Below are positions 11,100 to 24,158 of a stretch of DNA of 64,000 bases, one piece after another (position 1 is the first letter of the stretch; each line of letters starts with the position of its first letter). A program made the translations under genes and the position numbers. Source of the DNA: Mobula hypostoma. Taxonomy: Eukaryota. The stretch covers positions 19,284,001 to 19,348,000 of the forward strand of contig NC_086118.1 in NCBI RefSeq assembly GCF_963921235.1, written 5' to 3'. A model generated the notes under the pieces. That model had not been told where the DNA came from and did not search any database. It saw only the letters and a list, made by a program, of their open reading frames with translations.

Positions 11100-14000
11100 G
11101 ATGTTAGGTTAAAGTGGCTTTGTGGGAGCAGCCATTGTGAGTTAGCCAGTGGTAGATTGGGGAGTTGAGGCTTTAGTTTATTGAAGCTTGGATGAGAAGA
11201 GGCAGAGGCTGTAGCTAGATTTTTTTTTTGTTTAACATTTTTATTTCTTTCTTATTAAACTGTTAGAGCAGTAGGTATGCCAGACAGGTTAGTGGAAGAC
11301 AATGAGACCTCCAGTGTCCATGAGAATTACATCTACAAGAAGTATATCGAGTGGCAGCTTCTTTCAGACCAGAATGAGGAATTGGAGCTGGAGCTGGATG
11401 AACTCTGGATCATTCAGGAGGAAGAGTAGCTGTTCAACAAGCAATACAGGGAGGTAGTTACACCCAAGCTGCATGAAACAAGTAACTGGGTGATCATCAG
11501 GAGGGCAAAAGGGATTAGGCACCCAAGTATTGATACCCCTGTAGCAGTACCCCTCAATAACTGTACCATTTTGGATAATTTGGGGGGAGGTGGGAATGAC
11601 CTAGCTGTGGAAAGCCAGCATCAGGGCTCTGGCACTGAGTCTGACAATGGCTCAGAGGGAAGTGGGGAGAAGAGTCAGGTTGTAATGAAAGGGGATTCAT
11701 TGTTTAGAGTAACAGATGGGAGGTTCTATGGATTTCCAGATGGTATGTTGCCTCCCAGGTGTCAGGGTCAGGGTTATTTGGATCGAATCCACAGCATTCT
11801 TAAGCGGGAGAGTGAGCAGCCAGACTTCATACACAGGGCATCCAGGGTTGTGGTCTCAGGACTTCTATCCATACCATGTGCTACTGAGGCCAGAAATAGG
11901 AAGATCATATAATTTAGAACATGGCAAAGAAGATGGTGTAGGAGGGATGGCTTAAGATTTTCAGATCATTGGACTCTCTTCCAGTGAAGGTGGGACCTGT
12001 ACCGACGGGATAGTTCACACCTGAACTGGAAGGGGACCATTATCTTTACAGGAAGGTTGGCTAGTGATGCTCTGGAGGGTTTAAACTAGAGTTGCAGGGG
12101 GATGGGAATGAGAGAACCAGAGCAGACATCAGAGTGATACTAGGGAAAGATGTTGTAAAACCTACGTATAAAGTCAAGAATCGAAAGGTTTATCATGGTG
12201 CACTAATGTTCTGATTTGTGTAAATTTCAATGCATGGAGTACTGTAGGAAAGGCAGGTGAGTTTAGGGCATGGATCAGCATGTGGAATTATGACATTGTA
12301 GCCATTAGTGAGATTTGGTTTCAGGAGGGACAGGACTGGCAGCTTATTGTTCCAGGGTTCAGTATTTTTGGATCTGATAGAGTGACAGGATGAAAGAGGG
12401 AGAGGTGGCATTACTGGTAAGGGGGAATATCACAGTTGTGCTCAGACAGGAGAGACTGGAGTGCTCATCTCCTGAGGATATATGGGTACAACAGAGGAAT
12501 AAGAAAGGGATGACTTCATTAATGGATTATACTATAGACACCCCCAACAGTCAGTCGGATTTAGAGGGAGAAATTTGTAGTGAGATCGTGGACTCTTGCA
12601 AGAAACATAAGATCATGATACCAAGTGATTTTAACATGCTACGTATTGACTTGGACTTCCATACTGTAAAAGGACTGGATGGGATAGTGTTTGTCAAATG
12701 TGTTTAGGAAAGTTTATTTAATCAAATAGGGAGAGTGTGATACTAGATCTCCAATTAGGAAATGAGACAAGGCAGAAGCTTGTATAGGGAAACTCTTTAC
12801 ATCTAGTGATCATAATGTCAATATAGGCATTATGCTTCACCTGCAAGTCTGCTGGGGTCATCTAGTTTATCTGGTGCTCCCAATGTGGCCTCCTCTACGT
12901 TGGTGAGACCCATCGTAAATTGGGGGATCGCTTCATCGCACACCTGTGGTCCATCCTCCGAAAGTGGAACTTCCTGGAGGTTGAACAATATAATTCCTAT
13001 TCCCATTTCTGCTCTGCATCTGGGCCCATGACCTCCTCTTATACCACAATGAGGCCACCATCAGGATGGTGGAGCAACAAATATTGAATTTGGGTAACCT
13101 CCAACCTGATGGCATGAATACCGATTTCTCCTACTGGTAAAGTACTTCCCCCACCCTCTTCTATTTCCCACTCAGACCTCTTAACTGGTCTCACCTACCT
13201 AACACTTCCCCCAGATGCAGCTCCTCCTTCCCTTTATCCTATGGTCCACTCTTCTCTTCTGTCAGATTCCTTCATTTTCAGCCCTTTACCTTTCCCACCA
13301 CATGGCTTCACCAATCACCTTCTAGCTATCCATCCCCTCTCCCCAGCTTTTTATTCTGGTGTTTTCCCCCTTTCTTCTCAGTCCTGAAGAAGGGCCTTGG
13401 CCTGAAACATTGACTGCTTTTGCATTTCCATGGATACTGCCTGACTTGCTGAGTTCCTTCAGTATTTTGTGCACAATAATTTGGATTTCCAGCATCTGCA
13501 GTATTTCTTGTGTTTATAATGCTAATAGTTTAAGATGATTTTGGAGAAGGATAGGTCTTGTCTTCAGCTTGAGATTCTAAATTGGAAAAAGATTGATTTT
13601 GGTGGTCTCAGAAAGGATCTGGCAAGTATGGATTAGGTTAGGTTGTTTTTAGACAAAGGTGTACTTGTTAATTCAGAGGCCTTCAAAAGTGAAATTTGGA
13701 GAGTACAGAGTTTGTATGTTCCTGTCAGAACAAAAGGCAACGGTGACAGATTTAGGAATTCTTGGGTTTTGAGAGATATTGAGGCCATAATTAAGAAGAA
13801 GGAGGAGGAGGTCATAGCTGGTATAGGCAGGAAGAAGCAAATGAGATACCTGAGGAATATAAGTTATGCAAGAGAATACTTAAGAAGGAACTCAGGAGGG
13901 CATGAGGTTACTCTAGTGGACAAGGTGAAGGAGAATCCCAAGGGCTTCTACAGATAAAATAAGGGCAAAAGGATAGCAGGGAACACAATTGGTCCTCTGG

Positions 14001-14650
14001 AAGATCAGAGTTGATATGTATGCGTGGGCCGAATGAGATGGAGGAGATCTGAAATGGATTCTTTGCACCTCTGTTTACTCAGGTGATGGACATGGAGTCT
14101 ATAGAAGTGAGGAAAAGCAACAATGAGGTCATAGGATGTATATAGAGTACAGAGGAGGAGGTGTTTCCTATCTTTGGCCCATCTAGTCCATGCCGCATTG
14201 ACCGTGCAAAACCCAGGACTTGAGGACACGAGTTATCAGGATATATTGCATAGTTTAGGACTTTATTCAATAGAGCTTATGAGGATGAAGGAGATTTGAT
14301 AGAAGTGTACAAAATCATTAGGAGTATAGACAGGTTAAATGCAAGCAGGCTTTTCCCACTGAGAATGGGTAAGACTAGAACTAGAAGTCATGGGTTAAGG
14401 GTCAAAGGTAAAATGTTTAAGGAAACATGAGGGGGAACTTTTTCATTCAGAGGGTGTGAGAGTGTGGAATGAGCTGCCAGCAGAAGTGGATGTGGGTTCA
14501 ATGTCAATATTTAAGAATAATTTGAATATGTGCCTGGATGAAAGATGCAGGTGCAGATTGAAGGGACTGAGCAGAATAACAATTCAGCATGGACTAGATA
14601 GACCAAAGAGTCTGTTTCTATGCTGTAGTGTTCTATGATTCTGTCACTCT
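11100..14650 (+). mobile_element. CR1 LINE with esterase-type ORF1 and internally deleted ORF2, interrupted by a PLE
   Basis: ORF1-like ELELELDELWII, KGDSLFR and MVCCLPGVRV; APE-like YDIVAISEIW and SDFN; DKVKENPKGFYR; 3' end RVWNELP with a TTCTATG tail. Confidence 0.85.
12825..13516 (+). mobile_element. Penelope-like element 3' fragment (GIY-YIG region plus pseudo-LTR with hammerhead motif)
   Basis: FTCKSAGVI*FIWCSQCGLLYVGETHRKLGDRFIAHL...GNLQPDGMN, then a pyrimidine tract, then CAGTC-CTGAAGA-...-GAAACATT-GACTG at 13379-13416. Confidence 0.85.
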
Positions 14651-15865
14651 GACCAGATCATCTGGTCCATCCTTATCTGGTCTGCTTTTTATAACCTCTA
14701 AATATTCCATTGTTAATGTAATATATGATCTTTCTTCATAAAGTCATGTTGACTCTTCCTAATTCTAATATTATTTTCCAGGTAACACATTGCCACTTCC
14801 CTGGTAATATAACAGAACTTTACTTTCATCGCTCAAGGCAATGAGATCGCAGTGCTACTCCAGTCCATGCGAAACAAATACTTATACTGCATTTTACAAT
14901 AGATTCCATTATATGCCCTGCTGTTCATATTAGGCTATCTACCTTCTTCCCCTTGTCTTAAATAATAGGGTTATATTTGCCACCTTCCAATCCATTGAAA
15001 ACTCTTAAAAATCATGAAAGTTTGAAAGATTACAACCGGCGCTGTCACTTTCTCCATACTTTCAAATCCCTGGGATGCATGCCTTCAAATCCCGTTAACT
15101 TTTCTCATCCTAGTTTCTTTATTGTCTTCATTCATTCCAGGCCTGCAGTCCTCTTCTGTTTTGGAAAGTTTTCTATGTCCTGTTCTTTGATTATAGGTAC
15201 AAAATATTTGTTTAATTTCTTTTTTATTTCATTAATCATATAGTTTTGTCTGCTCAGTCCATAAGGAATCCATGTTAACTTTAGCATACCTTTTCACTTT
15301 TTACCTTTCAACAGATGCTCCTCAATCTATTTTTCTGCTTGTTTGAGGTCATATTCTTCTTTCAGTTTACTGATCAATAACTTGATTATCCTTCATTGAA
15401 TTCTGGAATTTCTCCAGTATTCAGGCATACTGCCTGTTTTTCGGCAGTGTTATAAGCTTTGATCCAAAAATATCTTATCTTGTTAGCCATGGCTGAACCA
15501 CTTTTTATGTTGCATTATATAACTCTTTAAAAGTCAAACATTGACGAGTTCACATTTATAAAGATTATATCAGTATGATGCAATCACATCTGTCATCTTA
15601 TGGCTTTATAAGTTGCTTTCTTAAGATTAACATTTTAGTTTACTTTCAATCTTTATTTAAAATTCTGTCATCATATGATCATTGATCCCTACACAATTTC
15701 ATAACATTCAAAAATATTTGTTCCTCAATAAACTGATCTGGAAACCCATCTCTTATATGCTTCAAGAATTCAACATTCTCAGGTTTGCTACTAATTTCGT
15801 TTACCCAACCAGTGTGCTATTTGAAAGTTCTAAATGCAGAAAATCATTGATTATGCAACCAAAAT

Positions 15866-16745
15866 AGAATCTGAATCAGAATCGGGTTTATTATCACCAG
15901 CACGTGTCGTGAAATTTGTTAACTTAGCAGCAGCAGTACAATGCAATACATGATAATACGAAGATCAATTACAGTAAGTATATACAGTATATGTATATCA
16001 AATAGGTAAATTAACAATAGTGCAAAACAGAATTAATACAAAAAAGTGAGGTAGTGTTCATGGATTCAATATCTATTTGGAAATCGTATGGCAGAAGGGA
16101 AGAGGGGAAAAAGGTGTTTCTGAATCACTGAATGTGTGCCTTTGGGCTTCTGTACATCCTACCTGATGATAACAATGAAAAGAGGGCATGTCCTGGGTGC
16201 CGGGGTTCTTAATAATAGACATCCCTTTCTGAAGCACCGCTCCTTGAAGATGTCTTGGATACTACAGAGGCTAGTACCCAAGATGGAGCTGACTAATTTT
16301 ACAACTTTCGTTCAGTTTCTTTTGGTCCCATACCGGACAGTGATGCAGCCTATTGGAACGTTCTCCACGGTACATCCATAGAATTGTTTGAGTTTTATAG
16401 GTGACAAGCCAAATCTCTTCAAACTCCTAATGAAATATAGCTGCTGTCTTGCCTTCTTTATATTATAGCTGCATCGATATGTTGATTGCAAGGTTGTTGC
16501 TGTGACACCACTCAGCTAACTGGTATATCTAACTCCTGTATGCCTTCCTATCTCCTTCTGAGAGTCTGCCAACAATGGTTGTATCATCAGCAATTTTTTA
16601 ATGGTATTTGAGCTATACCTAGCCCACAGTCATGACTATAGAGAGAGTAGAGCAGAGAGCTAAGCACACACCCCTGAGGTGCATCAGTTTTAATCATCAG
16701 CAAGGAGGAGATATTATCACCACGGACTGTGGTTTTCTGATTAGA
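15866..16745 (-). mobile_element. Rex1/Babar-type LINE 3' fragment
   Basis: GAATCT/GAATCA tail repeats at ~15866-15881. The minus strand has KIADDTTIVG and PQGCVLSSLLYSL. Confidence 0.7.
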
Positions 16746-16773
16746 AAGTCATTAGAAAATAGGTTAGGAAATA

Positions 16774-17341
16774 CACACAGTATCCACTCTATTAGGTACC
16801 TCCTGTACCTAATAAAATGCCTCTGAATGTCTGTTCATAGTCTTCTGTTGCTTAGCCCATCCACTTGAAGGTTCAATGTGTAGTGCATTTAGAGATGCTC
16901 TTCTGCACACCACAGTTGTAATGCATGTTTATATGAGTTACTGTTACCTTCCTATCAGCTTGAACAAATCTCACCATTCTCCTCTGACCTCTCTCATTAT
17001 CAAGGCGATTTTGCTCACAGAACTGCTACTCACAGGATGATCTTTTGTTTGTCACTCCATTCTCTGTAAACTCTAGAGACTGTTGTGCATTAAAATCCCA
17101 GGAGATCAGTAGTTTCTGAGATACTCAAACCACCCTGTCTGGCACCATCAATCATTACACAGTTAAAGTCACTTAGATCACATTCCTTCCTCATTTTGAT
17201 GTTTGTTCTGAACAACAACTGAACCTCTTGACCATGCCTGCTTGCTTTTCTGCCCTGAATTGCTGCCACATGATTGGCTGATTAGATATTTGCATTAACG
17301 GGCAGGTGTACAGGAGTACCTAATAAGCTGACCACTGACTG
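16774..17341 (-). mobile_element. Non-autonomous Tc1-like element
   Basis: TA-flanked ends with CACTCTATTAGGTAC / GTACCTAATAAG repeats. The minus strand encodes a degenerate HTH: MRKECDLSDFNCVMIDGARQGGLSISETTDLLGF*CTTVSRVYREW. Confidence 0.8.
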
Positions 17342-18168
17342 TATAGTATATTGACTGATATTGCAAGCTCTGTTCTATCCTAATCAATACAATGTTTGCA
17401 TTAGCAGACATCCACTCCAAGGATTAAACTGCAAGATGCAGGTAACAATTACAACTAGATCTGAGTTGATTGTCAGCTCAAGTGAGAGATTAGCATTTGC
17501 AGAATCAAACTGATCCGAGTTTCTCTTAACATTAAATTATGAAACTTGCTTCAGTTCATTGCAGTTGATGCTAAGAATAATTGAACAAGAAAAATGAATG
17601 CCAGAAGGCAAGCAGAGATAATTGACTATTTTGATTTATGACTTGCTTACAATAACATACGGTAATTGTTGAAACCCGTTTAACCTGTTACGTTATCCTG
17701 TTGCCATTTTATTGTACAGTTATTCCTTGTTTAACTCACTCTAAGATAAGGGGAGTATAGTTTGTTTAAAACCATTAAAATAAAGATTTTCTCTTAATTC
17801 TATTACTCAGTTGTGTTTTTGTTAATGTACTTTATAGTAATTTATTGATTTTTTAATGTGCAAAAGAAAGAACATTTAGATATAATTAAGTCTTTCAGAA
17901 AACACTTCATGATATTTTAATACTTGGGTGCAGTGAAACCTCCTGTAGTCCTTCCAGTTTGCCAATTTTATTGTGTAGTAACATGTCCTTCCTCCTTGCA
18001 GTTAAGTTTCTTATTACTGGAGGTAAAATACTCCCGATGGGTAAGGGCAACCTGGAAACGTGCAGCTTTGGCCTTAACAGTTGTTGGACGTGAAAGACTA
18101 ACCTTTTATAATAATGGATCAGCAACAGTAGAGAAGGAAAAAAGAAACACAAAATTACAGGACACATT

Positions 18169-18238
18169 AGTAGAACATTAAATTTGTGAGAGGCATTCAC
18201 TTCAGTAGAACATTAAATTTGTGAGAGGCATTCACTTC
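18169..18238. repeat. Perfect 35-bp tandem duplication
   Basis: AGTAGAACATTAAATTTGTGAGAGGCATTCACTTC at 18169-18203 and 18204-18238. Confidence 0.95.
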
Positions 18239-20332
18239 CTCTAAACGGTATTGTTGAAATTTTTGATAAGTGAATGGGCACTACATGGAGTAAACTGAGG
18301 GGCTGCCTCTTGACACATTACATCAAGGTGAAGGAATTAACAGTGCTAATTTTGTAAAATGTTACAATTTGGGCAGAAGATGACTACAAGGCATCAAAAT
18401 GCCAACAAATTACATGTTGTAAAATGAGTTATAATCAAAGATGTTAAAATGTCAAATTAGTTGATTTTTTTTTTTGATTAGTTGATTAGTTTCCCTCATT
18501 TGAAAAGGCAGGAACTAATTGTGAGTAATTTTCCAAGGGAGGAGATTTAAGCTAAAATGGGAGATGATGTTAAAAATACCAAATCTTTTTTTGTCATCAG
18601 TTTGCTGAATATATTGGATCCTGGTGGAAACATGGAAGGGAACATTCAAGATTCCAGATTTAAGATTGTTTACTGTCATTCTTCAGTACACAAGTGTAAA
18701 GGAGAATGAAATTATTGTTGCTTAGGGAACAATGGAAACACAAGGGAAAATGAAACATTTCTGAGGGCTGGTGTTCTCCTTCAGTATTTCAAACAAAATA
18801 TCCTCCTACTGACTATTCCAGAGTTGTTAACCCTTACATACTGTTCGGGTCAACTTTGACCCTTTTTGACCATTAACCATGGTGAAAACTCCCTAAACGC
18901 CGTTTTTTTCCAGCAGAAATTTTATGACTTTTCCTAAAGTGACCCAAAATGCACAAAAACAAAAAGATTTTAAAAAATTAAACTTTTGTACAGGTGCTAC
19001 AATTTTTGCAACACTGAAGCTGTTCCAGGTCAAATTTTACCCGTACTGATTGCAACGGCTATTGGTGGTCTAATGTAACGCGGAACTCCTGAAAAGGTCA
19101 TAGGTGCCTTGACCCTGTCACGAGATCTGCATCTGCAAGCACATGGTGAGCTGAGCATCCATTTTAGTGACGGCAGTTATGGAAGTTAGACGTAGACCTT
19201 GTGCTCAGGAGGTAATTGATCAGGTGTTCGAAGATGAACACACAGACAGCGAAATGGAGGAGGAAGTCTCAGAGCAGGAGGACTACAAGGAGGAAGACTC
19301 TGATTGCAGCCCCTCAGACAAAGATGACTGAGAGAGAGGAGGAGGAAGCAAGGGAGACATTTATGTCCAAGGACAATGAGATCTGCTGGTCCTCACTTCC
19401 ATATGAGACTGCAGGCAGGATGGCAGCGGAAAATGTCATTCGAAAGACTCCAGGATCCACAAAACTGGCTATATCACAGGCATTTGACATTTTATCTACT
19501 TTCCTGCTCTTCTGGGAAACCAGCTGTGGAAGGTCTGGAGAGAAAGCAAGGCATGTGCGTCGTGTTGGACATGACAGAAGGGCTGAAAGGACACAACGTG
19601 ACCTGTGACAACTTCTTCACATCTCATGAGCTTGGTCAGACGCTTCTGAAGAAGAAAACCACAATGGTGGGTACCGTGAGGCAGAAGAAGCCGGAGCTGC
19701 CACCTGCTCTGACTGAAAGAAGGGGGAGAGACGTCTTGTCGTCGAAGTTTGCATTCACCCATGACACCACAGTTGTGTCGTATATGACAAAGAAGAACAA
19801 GAATGTGATCCTTGTGAGCACTTTACATAAGGCTGCAGAGGTAAGCGATCAGGGGGACAGAAAACCAGCCATCATCCTGGACTACAATGCCAACAAAGGG
19901 GGGATCTGACAACCTTGACAAAGTCACAAACACATACAGCTGCAAGAGGAGAACATCCCGCTGACCTCTCGCTATATTTCATAACATCATTGACATTTCC
20001 ACATACAATGCCATTGTCATCTGGAGTGACCTGAGCCCTACCTGGAGGGCAAGCAAGAGGAACTGGAGGAGGTTCTTTTTGGAGGAGCTTGGAAAGGTCC
20101 TTGTGACTCCCTCTATGCAAAGGTGAGAACATATTCCCCACGCAGCATTCTCAGCAGCAGTGGTAAGGGCAATGTAGCAATCTGAACCTGGCCCTGCTCA
20201 ACAAGTCCCACAAGAGACCAAAACAGGGGGACAAAAGAGATGGAGATGCAGCTTCTGCCCTGCAAAAAAGGACTGCAAAACATCGACTCCTTGCAGCAAA
20301 CATGGTAGGGTCATATGCAAGGGCCACACACG

Positions 20333-21614
20333 AGGAAGAGGTACAGTCGACGTTTCAGGCCGAGACCCTTCATCAGGACTAACTGAAGGAAGAGCTAGTA
20401 AGAGATTTGAAAGTGGGAGGGAGAGGGGGAGATCCAAAATGATAGGAGAAGACAGGAGGGGGAGGGATGGAGCCAAGAGCTGGACAGGTGATTGGCAAAG
20501 GGGATATGAGAGGATCATGGGACAGGAGGCTGAGGGAGAAGGAAAAGGGGGAGGGGGGGAAAAACCCAGAAGATAGGCAAGGGGTGTAGTGAGAGGGACA
20601 GAGGGAGAAAAAGGAGAGAGAGAAAGAATATGTGTATATAAATAAACAACGGATGGGGTACAAGGGGGAGGTAGGGCATTAGCGGAAGTTAAAGAAGTCA
20701 ATGTTCATGCCATCAGGTTGGAGGCTACCCAGACGGAATATAAGGTGTTGTTCCTTCAAACTGAGAGTGGCTTCATCTTTACAGTAGAGGAGGCCGTGGA
20801 CAGACATATCAGAATGGGAATGGGATGTGGAATTAAAATGTGTGGCCACTGGGACATCATGCTTTCTCTGGCAGACAAAGCGTAGGTGTTCAGCAAAACG
20901 ATCTCCCTGTCTGCGTCGGGTCTTGCCAATATATAGAAGGCCACATCAGGAGAACCAGACGCAGTATATCACCCCAGCGGACTCACAGGTGAAGTGTCGC
21001 CTCACCTGGAAGGACTGTTTGGGGCCCTGAATGGTGGTAAGGGAGGAAGTGTAAGGGCATGTGTAGCACTTGTTCTGCTTACAAGGATAAGTGCCAGGAG
21101 GGAGATCAGTGGGGAGGGATGGGGGGACGAATGGACAAGGGAGTCGCATAGGGAGCGATCCCTGCGGAAAGCGGGGGGGGGAGGGAAAGACGTGCTTCGT
21201 GGTGGGATTCTGTTGGAGGTGGCGGAAGTTACGGAGAATAATATGTTGGACCCGGAGGCTGGTGGGGTGGTAGGTGAGGACCGGGGAACCCTATTCCTAG
21301 TGGGGTGGCGGGAAGATGGAGTGAGAGCAGATGTGCATGAAATGGGGAAGATGCGCTTGAGAACAGAGTTGATGGTGGAGGAAGGGAAGCCCCTTTCTTT
21401 AAAAAAGGAGGACATTTCCCTCATCCTGGAATGAAAAGCCTCATCCTGAGAGCAGATACAGTGGAGACGGAGCAATTGCAAGAAGGGGATGGCATTTTTG
21501 CAAGAGACAGGGTGAGAAGAGGAATAGTCCAGATAACTGTGAGAGTCAGTAGGCATATAGTAGACATCAGCAGATAAGCTGTCTCCAGACATAGAGACAG
21601 AAAAATCTAGAAAG
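20333..21614 (-). mobile_element. Penelope-like element, 5'-truncated (RT C-terminus, Cys motif, GIY-YIG, pseudo-LTR), nested in the piggyBac
   Basis: DVYYMPTDSHSYLDYSSSHPVSCKNAIPF..LLRLHCICS, GTYPCKQNKCYTCPY, FTCESAGVIYCVWFS*CGLLYIGKTRRR and GSLQPDGMN. Hammerhead motif at 20344-20381. Confidence 0.92.
20344..20381 (-). ncRNA. Minimal type I hammerhead ribozyme motif (PLE)
   Basis: Minus strand TAGTC CTGATGA AGGGTCTCGGCCT GAAAC GTC GACTG: stem I, CUGAUGA core, stem II, GAAAC, GUC site. Confidence 0.75.
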
Positions 21615-23925
21615 GTTTCCCACTACTGCTTTGAATGCAAAGACAAATTTGCAAATAGCAACTACTTTTTTGTTTAGTTTGTTGGTTAAATGTTATTTAA
21701 TGTTGAATTAATAGTTAATAGTTATAATTAGATAGCAGTTAGTAGGACTTTTTATGATATAGCAATGAGAACAGTGTTTGCTGGTCGTAATGGTTACAAA
21801 TGGTTATATAATAAAACCCACAGTTCTAGAATGTTCTTGCCATTTTCAGTTTCAATAAACTATAGTTAATTCTTTATGGCTGTTATGTTTTCATGTCTTA
21901 GGTAAAATAATTGTCTGACAGTGTATTGCTTTTTCTCCAATGACGAGTGCTGTGAAACCTAAAAAATACACTGTCCCTCATCTCTGATACATTAATTAAG
22001 GATTAATCACACTTTTATTAATGTCAGATAGGCTATTTTGACATTGTAAATAGATCAGTGGCTCAAAATTTGGTATAGACACTTGTTATAGGGGGATTCT
22101 TGGGCTAGGGTCAAAATTGACCCTGACCATACTGGGAAGGTATAAAATCTGAACAGTATGTAAGGGTTAACTGTGGCCTTCCTGGCATTAGCTCCATTTC
22201 TTCTGTTAAGATCTGATGGATTGAACAAAAGGAACAGATGGTGATACTAGGAGTTACTCTGAAGATCTTCAGTCTGCCTGTTTCAGTTGTCAGAAATGCA
22301 AAAATCCAATGCACTATGCTTCTAGTTCTAATACTGTTCCTCAACAGTCAATGTGTAGAAATTTAAATTGGCATGGATGGAAATTTATGTTACATAAAAA
22401 TAGTATCATATGATATATGCCTATATATGAAAAGTTTTTGTTTGCTAACATGAACAGCTCATGCTAGCCTGGAATTAATCAGCAGATCAGATAATATCTG
22501 TGGAGAAAGAGGAACTTCAACGAGTGCATATTTCAGACCAATGAATGTTTTTCAGAACCAGGAGAGACCAGTGTGGGGTTCTCTGTGTGTATCATTTTGG
22601 TGCATCTCTTTACTGATGTTTGTATTTCTGTCCTCAAGATTTGTCTGTTCACTGAACTCTGCTGTTACAAAATAATGCAGTCTTGGTTGGGAGAGAATAT
22701 TTGACAGCAAACAGCTGGATTTTCAATTTAACTGCACTCTTCATGCTCCAGAAGTTGCCATTGTTTGTTTTAATACACTGCCATTAGCAGATTTGTTCCT
22801 CCTTTTGATAAACTACTTTGTTATCTTTTGTTAACTCTTGGTGAATCATGTTATACAAGCTATTTGAGATCCTCACAAGTTTGCAGTATGGTTGTCTTCC
22901 ATCATGGCAACATTTCTCATCTTTAAAAAAATACTTATTGCTTGCAATCGTCGTATCACCATGAGGTGACGCTAAATGGCAGTACATCTCTTACTTCAGA
23001 TTCACTGTATAATCAGAGTAACCACTTAAGCTTTCACTGGTACTTCATCTTTAAAGTCCATATGTTATTTTCTATCGCATTTGAAATTATTCTACAGATG
23101 ACTGCATTGAGTGCTTAGAAAGACCATGTAACCTGGAAGTTTAATAGGCTGGTTGTTTTCATTTATTCCTTTTTAATGCTAATTTTTATTTGATATTTAT
23201 CATATCAAACACACAAGCAGAAACAGATCCCTCCACCCACCATATCCATGCTGATCATTAAATGCTGAGCCATACTAATCACACTTACCAGCACTTGGTC
23301 CAAAACTTACTATGTGGGCCTCACTGCCAGACCTGCATTTATTGCCCATCCTTAATCTCCGAAGAAGCTGATCAGCCATTCTTTTTAAATACTGCCTCCA
23401 TTGAGTGTTTGAGTGGAGAGCTTCAAGATCTCATCCCTGCAAAGATGTAGGAATGCTTTCAGGATGGTATGTGATGTGGTCCCATTAGTATGTGTTCCTT
23501 GAACAGTGTTTCAGTGGATGATACTGCTGTTTGACGGCATCCTGGTAAGATCTATTTTCATGTTTCCCCAGGGTCTCCAACACTCTTCACTGTATCTGAG
23601 GCTCTAGGAAATGGGTACAGAGTGCTATAACACACTTGGAAAAACTCAGTAACTGAAACACAAACAACGGGACTTAGAAGTGCCAGACAAGCCTAACTTT
23701 GATGATATGATTATTTTACAATGCTGACGGACTGTCTGTAAGGATAAGGTCTGTATGGACTTGTTGAAAAAACGCTGAAAAAAATATTGTCGATATTTTT
23801 GTTCCCTATAAAAGAAAAATATTCGTGCTCAATTTCCTCTTGTAATGAGATGAAGTCACATTAAATATACATTGGTAGAAAAAACTCCAGAGAGATTAAA
23901 TCAAATCCAGCATCAGTACAAAGAC

Positions 23926-24158
23926 GCAAACACGAGGAATTCGGCAGATGCTGGAAATTCAAACAACACACATCAAAGTTGCTGGTGAACGCAGCAGGCC
24001 AGGCAGCATCTCTAGGAAGAGGTACAGTCGACGTTTCAGGCCAGGACCCTTCATCAGGACTCACGAAGGGTCTCTGCCTGAAACGTCGACTGTACCTCTT
24101 CCTAGAGATGCTGCCTGGCCTGCTGCGTTCACCAGCAACTTTGATGTGTGTTGTTTGT
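23926..24158. mobile_element. PLE pseudo-LTR-derived fold-back element with a 14-bp TSD
   Basis: Inverted arms at ~23960-24052 and 24065-24157. Direct repeat ATCAGTACAAAGAC at 23912-23925 and 24159-24172. Hammerhead motif on the minus strand at 24025-24061. Confidence 0.92.

Larger units (their letters stand above)
19216..21665 (+). pseudogene. piggyBac (PGBD4-like) transposase pseudogene
   Basis: VTCDNFFTS, MVGTVRQKK, KNVILVSTLH and KPAIILDYNANKGG in ORF 19376-19909. The Cys-rich domain RCSFC...C...ICKGHT (to ~20330) continues as HYCFEC after the PLE (~21620). Frameshifts and a large in-gene deletion near 19512. Confidence 0.88.
18831..22166 (+). mobile_element. piggyBac DNA transposon with intact ends and a defective transposase
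   Basis: TTAA at 18827-18830 and 22167-22170. Perfect 16-bp TIR CCCTTACATACTGTTC / GAACAGTATGTAAGGG. Subterminal palindromes GGGTCAACTTTGACCC and GGGTCAAAATTGACCC. Confidence 0.95.

Noticed and set aside
18831..22166. Teratorn-like piggyBac-herpesvirus fusion (piggyBac plus telomeric repeats in the same window)
   Set aside because: The piggyBac is closed by its own TIRs and TTAA within 3.3 kb, and no herpesvirus-like ORFs were recognised in the window.
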